Source: an uncultured Litoreibacter sp. (GTDB lineage: Bacteria > Pseudomonadota > Alphaproteobacteria > Rhodobacterales > Rhodobacteraceae). From it: a stretch of DNA of 64,000 bases. The stretch lies in assembly GCA_947504205.1 (NCBI GenBank), contig CANNGL010000005.1, positions 54,751 through 118,750 on the forward strand, given 5' to 3'. Position 1 is the stretch's first letter, and each line of letters begins with the position of its first letter. This document shows, one piece after another, positions 10,158 through 19,751 of this stretch. The notes beneath the pieces are model-generated. The model saw only the letters and a program-made list of their open reading frames with translations, was not told where the DNA came from and searched no databases. A program made the position numbers and the translations under genes.

Positions 10158-10514
10158 ATGGAAAAACTTGCACCTCGTATCGTCATGTTCGCTGGGGCAT
10201 TGTTTATGCTGATCATCTGCGCGGGTTTTGCGTTAACATCACCTGGTGAGGATCTCAGCGGATACTACGGAAAAGTTATATCAGGTGGTGCCAAAGTCAC
10301 CGAGATCGGCAGCCGAACGCACTCGTTCCGTGAAACCGCCGAAGCGCCGAAAGATTCATTTCTCAATCGCGTGCGTGAATGGGCGGGCATAGATACCAAG
10401 GAACGGGCCGTCGCAAAGACGCGCGCCTCACAGTTGCGCGACATCAAACGTCGCCAAAACGGTGTCACGGTATACAAAACCAACACTAAGGGTGTTCTCT
10501 ACAACGGATCGTGA
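10158..10514 (+). CDS. Hypothetical single-pass membrane protein (paralog 1)
   Basis: 118-aa ORF with GGGAGG 6 nt upstream of the ATG. It has one N-terminal TM helix. The motif GGAKVTEIGSRTHSFR is shared with the next ORF. Confidence 0.5.
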   Translation: MEKLAPRIVMFAGALFMLIICAGFALTSPGEDLSGYYGKVISGGAKVTEIGSRTHSFRETAEAPKDSFLNRVREWAGIDTKERAVAKTRASQLRDIKRRQNGVTVYKTNTKGVLYNGS

Positions 10515-10521
10515 ATCTGAC

Positions 10522-10863
10522 ATGCTTTCAAAAGTACTTTGGAAATCCGCACTTATGTGCTTTGGGCTGTTCATGCTCGCTTTGACACTTGGTTTCGGCC
10601 CCGCGATGTTTCCGGCTTATCAGGAAGATCTTAAGTATTATTTCACCAATGGCGGGGCCAAGCGTGCCGAAGTGGGCAGTCGCACCAGTCAGTTTCGACA
10701 GGTTAACCCGCAGCAACCTGAGCTAACATGGCGACAATGGGCCAGCCGTATCCTTATGCTGGAACCTGTGAACATGATGTCGACGGGCTCTCGTGACAAA
10801 TCCGAACTACAACGTCTGAAAACCCGCAGTAGTCGTGAAAAGATGAGCGTTCTCAGTTACTAG
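10522..10863 (+). CDS. Hypothetical single-pass membrane protein (paralog 2)
   Basis: The internal ATG (MLSKVLWKSALMCFGLFMLAL) gives one TM helix and GGAKRAEVGSRTSQFR, matching the upstream ORF. Confidence 0.5.
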   Translation: MLSKVLWKSALMCFGLFMLALTLGFGPAMFPAYQEDLKYYFTNGGAKRAEVGSRTSQFRQVNPQQPELTWRQWASRILMLEPVNMMSTGSRDKSELQRLKTRSSREKMSVLSY

Positions 10864-10938
10864 CGGGCGAACGGCGCCGATCCGGCATTTTGTCCCTTGC
10901 AATGCGCTATCCCGGGCGTTACATCCGCCTCACTCTGC

Positions 10939-11015
10939 GCGCTGGTAGCTCAGTTGGATAGAGTACTTGACTACGAATCAAGGGGTCGGGGGTTCGAATC
11001 CTCCCCAGCGCGCCA
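10939..11015 (+). tRNA. tRNA-Arg (anticodon ACG)
   Basis: Hand-folded cloverleaf: acceptor GCGCTGG/CCAGCGC, D-arm GCTC..GAGT, anticodon stem CTTGA/TCAAG with loop CTACGAA, T-arm GGGGG-TTCGAAT-CCTCC, and an encoded CCA. Length 77 nt. Confidence 0.93.
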
Positions 11016-11230
11016 CCATCACTCCCGAATAATGCAGTCGGATTGGCTCAAGCCATCTATCAATGGTTATGCCAGTTTGCTTGTGCTGCTGACATGTGCC
11101 CGCCTATTTCATGGCGATGTTGCAAATACGAATTCGTCTGGACAGTTCGAGCGTGTAGGATCACATGAAAATCTCTGGCCCATCTGACATATTAGGCCGT
11201 ATCGCGTGATTTGCGGAAAGGATCAAAGCC

Positions 11231-12346
11231 ATGCCTCAGACCAAAAAAGAGACCCCGGATCTGAAATTTGCCGATGATCAGGGTGCGTCGCGGTCGACAT
11301 GGATCGCCGCAGCACTACTAGTGCTTGTTGTCGTCTGGATGGGCAGCGGTTTCATTTTTCCAGGGACAAAAGCGGATGCTGTCGTAAAACGTGAAGACCC
11401 CAAACCTGTGGCGGTGGCGGTCAAATCTTCGGTCGCTGAGACGGTAGCCCAGTTTTATCAGGCTGAGGGCCAAGCTCTTCCGGACCGTGATACGATGCTG
11501 CGGGCGGAGGTTTCCGGTGATGTTGCGGAAGTGCTTGTCTCAAAAGGTCAGAATGTCAGTGCAGGCGATGTTATCGCGCGGTTGGATGCGACCACGAATG
11601 AAGCTGATGTCAGAAGAGCCACTGAGGAGTTGGCGCGCGCGCAGCGGGAATTCGATAACGCGGAAGCCTTGTTGGAGCGCGGTGTTGCGACGGCTGATCG
11701 CGTAGCGCAGGCCCGCGCGACGCTGGCAACAGCACAGGCTCAAGTCACGAGCGCTCGGGAAACTTCGGAGAACCTGGTCATCACCGCGCCTTTCGATGGG
11801 CGTATCGAAACGCTTGATCTGGACGCGGGAGAGTTCGTCTCTGCCGGGTCGGAGGTGGGGCGGATCGTGGACAACACGCCTCTGACGGTCACAATACAGG
11901 TGCCGCAGCAATCGTTGACGCGTATCAAAAACGGTCAAACGGCGACCGTCAACTTCATCACAGGTGAAGAACGCGCGGGCACTGTTTCATTTGTGGGCAC
12001 ATCAGCCTCGTCCGAGACCCGCACCTTTTTGGCTGAAATAGATGTGCCGAATAAGGACGGTGCAATACCCGCCGGTATCTCGGCCGAGATCAGCATTCCA
12101 ACCGGTGAGGTCACGGCCCACTTCCTGTCGCCATCAATCGTTTCTCTGAATGAAAATGGCGAGTTGGGCGTTAAAACAGTGACCGCTGACAAGACCGTCG
12201 AATTTCACGCAATTCAAGTTGCAAGGGCTCAGATTGACGGCATTTGGGTCACGGGGCTGCCGGAGAGGGCTGACGTGATCACCGTAGGTCAAGGGTTTGT
12301 CAGTGCAGGAGAGGTCGTCAACCCGAGCCCTGAGGAGCCGAGCTGA
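11231..12346 (+). CDS. RND efflux periplasmic adaptor (HlyD/MFP family)
   Basis: 371-aa ORF with an N-terminal TM anchor and a coiled-coil hairpin region (EADVRRATEELARAQREFDNAEALLERG). Its stop overlaps the start of the RND permease (ATGA-type junction at 12346). Confidence 0.85.
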   Translation: MPQTKKETPDLKFADDQGASRSTWIAAALLVLVVVWMGSGFIFPGTKADAVVKREDPKPVAVAVKSSVAETVAQFYQAEGQALPDRDTMLRAEVSGDVAEVLVSKGQNVSAGDVIARLDATTNEADVRRATEELARAQREFDNAEALLERGVATADRVAQARATLATAQAQVTSARETSENLVITAPFDGRIETLDLDAGEFVSAGSEVGRIVDNTPLTVTIQVPQQSLTRIKNGQTATVNFITGEERAGTVSFVGTSASSETRTFLAEIDVPNKDGAIPAGISAEISIPTGEVTAHFLSPSIVSLNENGELGVKTVTADKTVEFHAIQVARAQIDGIWVTGLPERADVITVGQGFVSAGEVVNPSPEEPS

Positions 12347-15300
12347 TGGGCGGGATTATCGACGCCGCATTCTCCCGCTCGCGGGTCGTGGTTATGGCGT
12401 TGGTCATGGTGCTGACGCTGGGCGCATATGCTTATGTCTCCATACCAAAGGAGGCCAATCCCGAGGTGCCACTGCCGCTGTTTTATGTCTCGACCGGTTT
12501 GGACGGGATCAGCCCCGGCGATGCAGAGCGCTTGTTGCTGGAGCCGCTGGAAACCGAGTTCATCTCCATTAACGGGCTTGAAAGCCTGAAGTCTGATGCA
12601 GCTGAAGGGTTTGCAAGTCTACAGCTCGAATTCAGTCCGGGTTTTGATAGCCAAGAGGCGCTTGACAGGGTGCGAGAGGCCGCGGATCGAGCCGAGGGTG
12701 ATTTGCCCGACGATGCCTATGACATTTCAATCACCGAGATTAACACAGCGCTGTTCCCAATCATTACGGCCATTCTTTCCGGCCCTGTGCCCGAGCGTAC
12801 CTTGAATGATCTTGCAGAAACGCTGCAGGAAGAGATTGAAGGCCTGAGTGGTGTTCTGGAAGTGGACATCGGTGGTCAGCGGTTTGAATTTCTTGAGGTA
12901 CTGATCGATCCGACGGTGTTCCAGACCTACAATCTGTCTTTTGACGAGTTGATCGGGCAGATCGAGCGCAACAACCGACTTATTGCTGCTGGCGCTATTG
13001 AAACGGGCGCCGGGCGGATTGTGCTGAAAGTCCCCGGCCTGATCGAAAATCTTGAGGACGTCATGTCGATGCCGGTCAAGGTGCGCGGCAATGCCGTGGT
13101 CACGTTTGGTGATGTCGCCACCATACGGCGTACCTTCGAAGATCCGGATTCCTTTGCGCGGATCAATGGCCAGCCGGCCCTTGCGCTGGAGGTCAAGAAA
13201 CGGTCAGGCGCAAATATTATTGATACGGTTGCCGAAGTGCAGGCGCTCGTGGAGGAGCTTCGCGTCGACTGGCCCGACAGTGTAGAGGTCACGTATCTGC
13301 AGGATCAGAGTAAGCAGGTGAAAGATCTGTTGAGCGATCTGGAGGCCAACGTGATTGCTGCCGTGATCTTGGTCATGATCGTGATCGTCTTTGCGCTGGG
13401 TTTGCGGTCTGCCATTCTTGTAGGTCTGGCAATACCCGGTGCGTTCCTTGCTGGTGTGATTGCGCTCTGGAGCATGGGGTTCACGATGAATATCGTGGTT
13501 CTGTTCTCGCTGATCCTTGTGGTCGGTATGTTGGTCGATGGGGCTATCGTAACCACTGAGCTTGCTGATCGCCGCCTTCAGGAGGGGGCATCGGCCAAAG
13601 ATGCTTACGCATTTGCGGCGAAACGCATGTCCTGGCCGATCATTGCGTCTACGGCAACGACCCTCAGCGTGTTTTTTCCGCTTCTGTTCTGGACCGGCAT
13701 GGTTGGTGAATTCATGAAATTCCTGCCGATCACAGTTATTCTGACGCTGTTTGCTTCACTTTTTATGGCTTTGATCTTTATCCCAGTTGTGGGTGGTCTG
13801 ATCGGCAAGCGTCAACCTCAGACTGCCGCTGCGAAAACCGCACTACACGCAGCAGAAAAAGGTGATCCCCGAGATATTCGCGGCTTTACCGGTGGGTATG
13901 TCCGCATATTGGAGCAGGCAATCTTGCGCCCAGGAACGACCCTTCTGCTGGCGCTGGTGTTGCTGTTGGGCGGCTTCAGTCTTTATGGACAATTTGGCAA
14001 AGGCATCACGTTCTTTCCCTCGGTCGAGCCGGATTTCATGCAGGTTCAGGTTCGTGCGCGCGACAACTTTTCAATTTTTGAGAGGGACGCATTGGTTCGG
14101 GCTGTTGAGGATCGGATTCTGGGATATGATGAGATCGCCAGCATCTATGCACGATCGACCATGAGCGCGGGGCAAGGTGACGAGGAAACCATAGGCACGT
14201 TGCAACTGGAGCTTGCTCCTTGGGACACGCGTCGTACTGCAGCCGAGATCGGCGTTGATATTCGAGACAGTGTATCTGACATAGCGGGCATTGATGTTCA
14301 GGTTCAGACCGAAAGTGGTGGTCCGTCGTCGGGTAAACCGATCAACTTGGAAATCACCGCGCGCGATCCCGACATTCAAGCCCAAGCGGTGGAACAGATC
14401 CGCGCACTGATGGACGAACAAGGTGGCTTTACGGATGTGACAGATACCCGGCCCTTGCCCGGGGTTGAGGTTTCCATTCTGGTGAACAGGGTTGAGGCGG
14501 CACGTTTCGGTGCGGATGTCAGCCTTCTGGGGCAGGCGGTTCAATTGCTGACCCAAGGGATAACGATCGCGGACTATCGGCCCGATGATGTCGATGGATC
14601 GCTGGATATTCGCGTGCGATTTCCCCGGGAAGAACGGTCTCTGGCGCAGCTTGGGAACCTCAGAGTGCCGACTTCGGCAGGTTTGGTTCCTATTTCCAAC
14701 TTTGTCACCTTCGCGCCATCTGAGCGTACGGGGGTGATCAGGCGGATTGATGAGAAGCGCGTGACCACAATAGAGGCGAATGTTGCGCCGGGCGTGCTTG
14801 TGAACAATCAGGTGCTGGCGCTTACTGCGGCTTTGGAAGCGGCGGATTTGCCCGACGGCGTGAATTACAGCTTTGCCGGAGAGGCAGAAGACCAAGAGGA
14901 GAGCATGGCTTTCCTGATTGGCGCTTTCATCGCGGCGATACTGTTGATGTTCGTGATCCTTGTGCTTCAGTTCAACAGCTTCTTTCAGGCATTCATCGTA
15001 ATGAGTGCCATCGTGTTTTCAATCGCGGGTGTTTTGCTGGGGCTTTTGGTAACAGGCCGACCATTTGGCGTTGTCATGGGCGGCATCGGAGTGATCGCGC
15101 TTGCAGGCATCGTGGTGAACAATAACATCGTGTTGATTGATACCTACAACGATCTCAAAGCCTCAGGACAGTCGCCATTGGAAGCTGCTCTTCGCACAGG
15201 GGCGCAACGTCTGCGTCCGGTGATCCTTACATCTGTGACGACGGCTCTTGGCCTTATGCCGATGGTGATTGGTGTGAACCTCAACTTCTTCACGCGTGAG

Positions 15301-15468
15301 ATCGTTTATGGCGCTCCATCGACACAATGGTGGACAGAGCTTTCTTCCGCCATTGCGGGTGGTTTGGTTATAGCCACGGTGCTGACGCTGGTTGTGACGC
15401 CCGCAATGCTGATGCTGGGCGAGCGAAACAGGCGCGGCCACACAGCGCAGCTGGAACCTGCTGAGTAA
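12346..15468 (+). CDS. RND efflux permease (AcrB/AcrD/AcrF family)
   Basis: 1040-aa ORF with 12-TM architecture and two large periplasmic loops. Typical sequence is present: FSRSRVVVMALVMVLTLGAYAY and VVLFSLILVVGMLVDGAIV. No outer-membrane factor gene is adjacent. Confidence 0.9.
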   Translation: MGGIIDAAFSRSRVVVMALVMVLTLGAYAYVSIPKEANPEVPLPLFYVSTGLDGISPGDAERLLLEPLETEFISINGLESLKSDAAEGFASLQLEFSPGFDSQEALDRVREAADRAEGDLPDDAYDISITEINTALFPIITAILSGPVPERTLNDLAETLQEEIEGLSGVLEVDIGGQRFEFLEVLIDPTVFQTYNLSFDELIGQIERNNRLIAAGAIETGAGRIVLKVPGLIENLEDVMSMPVKVRGNAVVTFGDVATIRRTFEDPDSFARINGQPALALEVKKRSGANIIDTVAEVQALVEELRVDWPDSVEVTYLQDQSKQVKDLLSDLEANVIAAVILVMIVIVFALGLRSAILVGLAIPGAFLAGVIALWSMGFTMNIVVLFSLILVVGMLVDGAIVTTELADRRLQEGASAKDAYAFAAKRMSWPIIASTATTLSVFFPLLFWTGMVGEFMKFLPITVILTLFASLFMALIFIPVVGGLIGKRQPQTAAAKTALHAAEKGDPRDIRGFTGGYVRILEQAILRPGTTLLLALVLLLGGFSLYGQFGKGITFFPSVEPDFMQVQVRARDNFSIFERDALVRAVEDRILGYDEIASIYARSTMSAGQGDEETIGTLQLELAPWDTRRTAAEIGVDIRDSVSDIAGIDVQVQTESGGPSSGKPINLEITARDPDIQAQAVEQIRALMDEQGGFTDVTDTRPLPGVEVSILVNRVEAARFGADVSLLGQAVQLLTQGITIADYRPDDVDGSLDIRVRFPREERSLAQLGNLRVPTSAGLVPISNFVTFAPSERTGVIRRIDEKRVTTIEANVAPGVLVNNQVLALTAALEAADLPDGVNYSFAGEAEDQEESMAFLIGAFIAAILLMFVILVLQFNSFFQAFIVMSAIVFSIAGVLLGLLVTGRPFGVVMGGIGVIALAGIVVNNNIVLIDTYNDLKASGQSPLEAALRTGAQRLRPVILTSVTTALGLMPMVIGVNLNFFTREIVYGAPSTQWWTELSSAIAGGLVIATVLTLVVTPAMLMLGERNRRGHTAQLEPAE

Positions 15469-15491
15469 CATTCACAGCGCCTGATCGGAGC

Positions 15492-16307
15492 ATGGCCATG
15501 TGGGCACTTCAACATGAATACCGGACTGCCGCCGGGAATGTTGCAGCTGGTCGCGCGGGAGATGGTCCTCCATTGGTGCTTGCTCACGGGTGGCCCTGGT
15601 CATCCTATGCTTGGCACCGTGTGATCCCGCAGCTTGCTGAGAAACATAACTTATATTGGTATGATATGCCGGGATATGGACAGTCGGAGAAGAGGGCCGA
15701 TCAGGCAACGTCGCTTGATGTTCAGGGTGAGGTTTTTGTGGAGATGCTTTCGCATTGGGAACTGAACTGCCCTCGCGTGCTTGCCCACGACTTTGGTGGT
15801 GCCATTACCTTGCGCGCACATTTACTTCATGGTTCCGACTATGAGCGATATATTCTGATGAATGTGGTTGCGATGCGGCCATGGGGATCGGATTTTTTCG
15901 ACCATGTCGGTCGCCACGTTGCGGCTTTCTCGGGTTTGCCACCGCATATCCATCAAGCAGTTGTTGAAGCTTACATCAAAGGAGCTTTGGTATCCGACCT
16001 ACCTGAAGAGGACTTCCGAGCCCTTGTTGCGCCCTGGTTGAGCGAAGATGGCGTGTCCAGTTTCTACCGGCAGTTTGCTCAAGCGGATGAGAAGTTTACA
16101 GAGCAGATTGAACCCATGTTTGGCGATATCCGTTGCGCGGTCAAAGTTATCTGGGGCGAAGACGATCCTTGGATACCGCTAGCGCGTGGCAAGGCGTTGC
16201 ATGAGGCCATCGGTCAAGATTGTTTTGAGCCTATCGAGCGCGCGGGACATCTTCCGCAGCTCGAAGCACCTGAAAAGGTATTGAAGTCGGTTTTGGATTT
16301 CTTGTGA
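15492..16307 (+). CDS. Alpha/beta hydrolase fold protein
   Basis: 271 aa with VLAHGWPWSSYAWH (HGxP oxyanion region), a nucleophile region AHDFGGA, and a C-terminal AGHLPQLE catalytic His region. Confidence 0.8.
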   Translation: MAMWALQHEYRTAAGNVAAGRAGDGPPLVLAHGWPWSSYAWHRVIPQLAEKHNLYWYDMPGYGQSEKRADQATSLDVQGEVFVEMLSHWELNCPRVLAHDFGGAITLRAHLLHGSDYERYILMNVVAMRPWGSDFFDHVGRHVAAFSGLPPHIHQAVVEAYIKGALVSDLPEEDFRALVAPWLSEDGVSSFYRQFAQADEKFTEQIEPMFGDIRCAVKVIWGEDDPWIPLARGKALHEAIGQDCFEPIERAGHLPQLEAPEKVLKSVLDFL

Positions 16308-16443
16308 TCAGAGCATCAAGCTCATTTGCGGAACCGCTTTACTAAATTCCGAATGTGTTGGGCGTCGGGCAATGGGTCGTTTTCAGGCAGTCAAGCAAGG
16401 TCAGTGTGGGTAAGTTGTTTCCGAGTTAGCTCTGGAAAACCTG

Positions 16444-17592
16444 ATGAACACAACCGATCTTATCGCCCTGCGCCATGACTTTCATCGCTTTCCAGAACTT
16501 GGCTTCAAGGAAGAACGGACGAAAGCGCGAGTGGCATCTATCCTGCGCGACCTTGGCCTGGAGGTGCACGAGGGCGTCGGCGTTGTCGGCGTACTGAAGC
16601 GTGGTACCGGCAACCGCGCGATTGGATTGCGCGCTGACATGGACGCGCTGCCAATTACCGAAACGAGCAGCCACGACTACGTTTCGGGCGCTCAGGGTGT
16701 GATGCACGCTTGCGGGCACGATGGTCATATGACGATGCTGCTGGGAGCGGCGGCGCTGCTTGCAGATGATCCCGGTTTCGATGGGACTGTCGTCTTTGTG
16801 TTTCAACCTAACGAGGAACATGGGCTGGGTGCGCAGGCCATGCTTGAAGAGGGATTGCTCAAGCGTTTTCCGGTGGAAGAGATTTATGCCATTCACAACC
16901 TTCCGGGTGCGCCGGTAGGTCAGATCTCTACTCGACAGGGTCAGATCTGTTCCAGCGAAAGCCTTTTTGAGATCACCATCACGGGACAAGGGGGGCATGC
17001 GTCGATGCCCCAAGTTGGGCGTGATGCCATCACAATAGGCGCAGAAATCGTCCAAGCTCTGCAGACCATCGTTTCCAGAAAGCTGGCACCGGGATCGGGC
17101 GCAGTCGTTTCGGTCACAGAATTTCTGACGGATGGGCAGCGCAATGTCCTGCCCGGTAAGGCGATCCTCAAAGGGGATGTACGATCACGGCATCCTGAAG
17201 ATCGCAAGCAGATTGCAGATTTCATGGAGAAGATCGCCAAAGGTATTGCAGCCGCGCATGGTGTGTCGGTCTCGCTTTCGTTTGAGACAGAGTTTATTGA
17301 AACCATTAACGCGGCCGAACCGACACAGGCCGTCATTGATGCTGCACATGCGCAAGGTCTCGAAGTGGTTGGCAATCGGGAACCGATGAGCTTTTCCGAG
17401 GATTTTGCGCACTTCTCAGAAGCGGTGCCCGGCTGCTTTTTCATGCTGGGAAATGGAGGCGAAGGCCCCTGTGGCCAACCCCTGCATTCATCAGATTATG
17501 ACTTCAACGATGACTTATTGCCTATCGGCGCTGCCTTCTGGGCGCGGCTTGTTCGCGACCGACTGCCAGCCGAAGCGCCGGTGAAGGAGTGA
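16444..17592 (+). CDS. M20 family amidohydrolase (hippurate hydrolase / aminoacylase-like)
   Basis: 382 aa with HRFPELGFKEERT, ALRADMDALP, HACGHDGH and FQPNEE, the classic M20D motifs. Confidence 0.85.
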   Translation: MNTTDLIALRHDFHRFPELGFKEERTKARVASILRDLGLEVHEGVGVVGVLKRGTGNRAIGLRADMDALPITETSSHDYVSGAQGVMHACGHDGHMTMLLGAAALLADDPGFDGTVVFVFQPNEEHGLGAQAMLEEGLLKRFPVEEIYAIHNLPGAPVGQISTRQGQICSSESLFEITITGQGGHASMPQVGRDAITIGAEIVQALQTIVSRKLAPGSGAVVSVTEFLTDGQRNVLPGKAILKGDVRSRHPEDRKQIADFMEKIAKGIAAAHGVSVSLSFETEFIETINAAEPTQAVIDAAHAQGLEVVGNREPMSFSEDFAHFSEAVPGCFFMLGNGGEGPCGQPLHSSDYDFNDDLLPIGAAFWARLVRDRLPAEAPVKE

Positions 17593-17594
17593 GC

Positions 17595-18740
17595 ATGTTT
17601 ATTGAGCGTATGAACGAGTTTCGCGCACGCCTGACTGAGGCTGGCATAGATGTTGCGCTGATCACCGATGAGGATAACGTCTATTACCTGACCGGGTATT
17701 ATGACTATCTGCACATGGAGTTTGGCCGTCCGACAATATTGGTCGTGCCGTCCGAAGGCGACAGTTTGCTGATTACCCCGACAATTGATGTCAACACAGC
17801 TGAAGCCTCTGCACGGGTCGACCGGATCGCACCATGGAACGATGGCATGGGCGCGGAATGGCGATCGGAGCTGCCCGCAGCACTCGGTGGGGCCAAGTTT
17901 ATTGGGATTGAGTCTGACCATATGCCCCCGGTCGTTCGGGCTTATCTTGATGAAGTGGTCGCTTCGGATGCCTTCTCCAGTGCGACACCGCTCTTGTCCA
18001 AGATGCGCATGATAAAGTCCGATGATGAATTACAACTCGCGCGGCATGCGGGGCAGGTGGCAAATGCCATGATGGCTGCGGGTCGCGATGCTATTGGGGA
18101 TGGCGTGCCGGAATATGAGGTGGCGCTTGCAACGTCCCAAGCAGGTACGCGCACCGCTGCAGCCCTTCTTTCAGCGCACTATGACGACCAAGATATGTCG
18201 CCAAACACGCATTTTTTGCAGATCATGGCTTCAGGAGAGACAATCACCAAGACGCATCACCGAGCGACCACCCGGATCATGCAGTACGGCGAGCCGGTTT
18301 TTCTTTGCTTTTGCGGCATGACCAATTTTCACCGTTTCAAGCTGGGTTTTGATCGGACGTTCTGGATCGGTAAGATTGCGGATCGCGCTCAGGCTGAAGT
18401 CTATGAAGTTGCTCTGGCCAGCCAACAAGCGGCTCTTACCGCGCTACGACCGGGGGTTACCGCAGAAAGTGTCCATGCTGCCTATGCCGAAGTGATCCAA
18501 GAGGCTGGATATGACTACCCATTCCGATGTGGGCGCGCGACGGGCTTTAGTTTTTTGGAGGCTCCTCAGCTCGTGACAGGCGATACCACCGTCCTTCAGC
18601 CCGGTATGGTTTTGGCGGTCGACGGATCCGTCAGCGGCGAGACGTTCCGAGCACAAGTCGGAGACAGCTTCATCATCACCCAGGATGGCTATGAGCCGCT
18701 GACCGAGCATCCAAAGGCTTTGGAGAACGTAATCCTCTGA
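17595..18740 (+). CDS. M24 family metallopeptidase (Xaa-Pro dipeptidase / creatinase-like)
   Basis: About 381 aa. It has a creatinase-like N-domain and a pita-bread C-domain (KSDDELQLARHAG). The start is GTG 17589 or ATG 17595, after GAAGGAG. It overlaps or abuts the M20 gene stop. Confidence 0.78.
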   Translation: MFIERMNEFRARLTEAGIDVALITDEDNVYYLTGYYDYLHMEFGRPTILVVPSEGDSLLITPTIDVNTAEASARVDRIAPWNDGMGAEWRSELPAALGGAKFIGIESDHMPPVVRAYLDEVVASDAFSSATPLLSKMRMIKSDDELQLARHAGQVANAMMAAGRDAIGDGVPEYEVALATSQAGTRTAAALLSAHYDDQDMSPNTHFLQIMASGETITKTHHRATTRIMQYGEPVFLCFCGMTNFHRFKLGFDRTFWIGKIADRAQAEVYEVALASQQAALTALRPGVTAESVHAAYAEVIQEAGYDYPFRCGRATGFSFLEAPQLVTGDTTVLQPGMVLAVDGSVSGETFRAQVGDSFIITQDGYEPLTEHPKALENVIL

Positions 18741-18783
18741 CGCCTCGGCTGGAGTATCCTTGTACTTCTAAAGCTCAAGAGCT

Positions 18784-19602
18784 TCAGTCGCCGAGTTTTG
18801 CGTGAACCTCCGCCAGATCAATTTCTCCGATGGGCATTTTGTTGCCCGGGTTTTCGAAGTCGTACTTAAAGAGGTCGAAGTCCCGTTTATAGATTTCGTA
18901 AACCAGATGCATTGACAGGTCGTCAAAGTAGTCTTCGATCGGGTGCGCACGTTTAGGCCCATGACCTTCACTTTCGTTAAAGCGAGGTACCTCTTCAATC
19001 TTTACTTTTACGGGCGTCTCCACGGCGTCCAGCACTGATTTCATGCCGTCATTAAAGTGTTCAGTGAAGAAAATGTTGTCGTAGCGCCCACCATTCACAA
19101 TAAAGGTGGAGATGTGGCCTGACATGGCCGACCAGTGAATGTCCGGGTCCATGGGTCTGCGCCAGCGGATGGAGTCTCTGGCGAATAGCAGGAAACGGCG
19201 GAAGCTCTTGATCTGATCAAATTCGAAGCCGTTATCTGGATCTCCAACCTCAATCCCGTATTTCTGGATCAAAAGCGGGACGAGATTGCCGCGGTAGCGC
19301 TTCCCGTTGCGTTGAATTCCACAGATTTTGTCAAAGAAGCTCGACAAGATGCGGCCATAGGGATTGCGAACGCAGGTGAAGGCATAGCTTTCATGCCCCT
19401 TCACATTTCTTTCGATTTTGGGCTGGCTGGCCTCGATGGCCCATTTGTGCATTTTACCGGTCGCATCGTGGATGTCGCCGTCAAAGAACTTGCCATGATC
19501 AGAATAATACATGATCTGACCGATGGACGAGCAGGCGCATTTGGGTACCACGCGGTACACCATGCTTTCGCTCTCCGTCATCCAGGTGCCAGGGAAACCC
19601 AT
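18784..19602 (-). CDS. Sulfotransferase, carbohydrate-sulfotransferase-like (Sulfotransfer_2-type)
   Basis: 272 aa. YRVVPKCACSSIGQ resembles the PAPS 5-prime-phosphosulfate binding loop (PKxGxT/S) of family-2 sulfotransferases. It is divergent from the GT14 gene. Confidence 0.65.
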   Translation of the reverse strand: MGFPGTWMTESESMVYRVVPKCACSSIGQIMYYSDHGKFFDGDIHDATGKMHKWAIEASQPKIERNVKGHESYAFTCVRNPYGRILSSFFDKICGIQRNGKRYRGNLVPLLIQKYGIEVGDPDNGFEFDQIKSFRRFLLFARDSIRWRRPMDPDIHWSAMSGHISTFIVNGGRYDNIFFTEHFNDGMKSVLDAVETPVKVKIEEVPRFNESEGHGPKRAHPIEDYFDDLSMHLVYEIYKRDFDLFKYDFENPGNKMPIGEIDLAEVHAKLGD

Positions 19603-19751
19603 CGTCTACTCACTCCTCACGCCGTGACCATTATTTACCGTTAGGCCACAATTATGGATGCATACCTAAACAAAGACTGTTTATTCAACAAATCATAAGG
19701 TTATGTAGTCCAACACAAATACAGTAAAGCAAGGCTGCAGCGAATATCCAG

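Noticed and set aside
10897-11187. 96-aa ORF
   Set aside because: It overlaps tRNA-Arg (10939-11015) on the same strand, and its translation simply reads through the tRNA.
14071-14895. 274-aa minus-strand ORF
   Set aside because: It lies entirely antisense to the RND permease gene, has an Arg/Pro/His-rich composition typical of shadow frames, and has no motifs.
11231-15468. RND pair lacking an outer-membrane factor as something unusual
   Set aside because: Two-gene RND operons that borrow a TolC-like channel encoded elsewhere are common, so this is not noteworthy.
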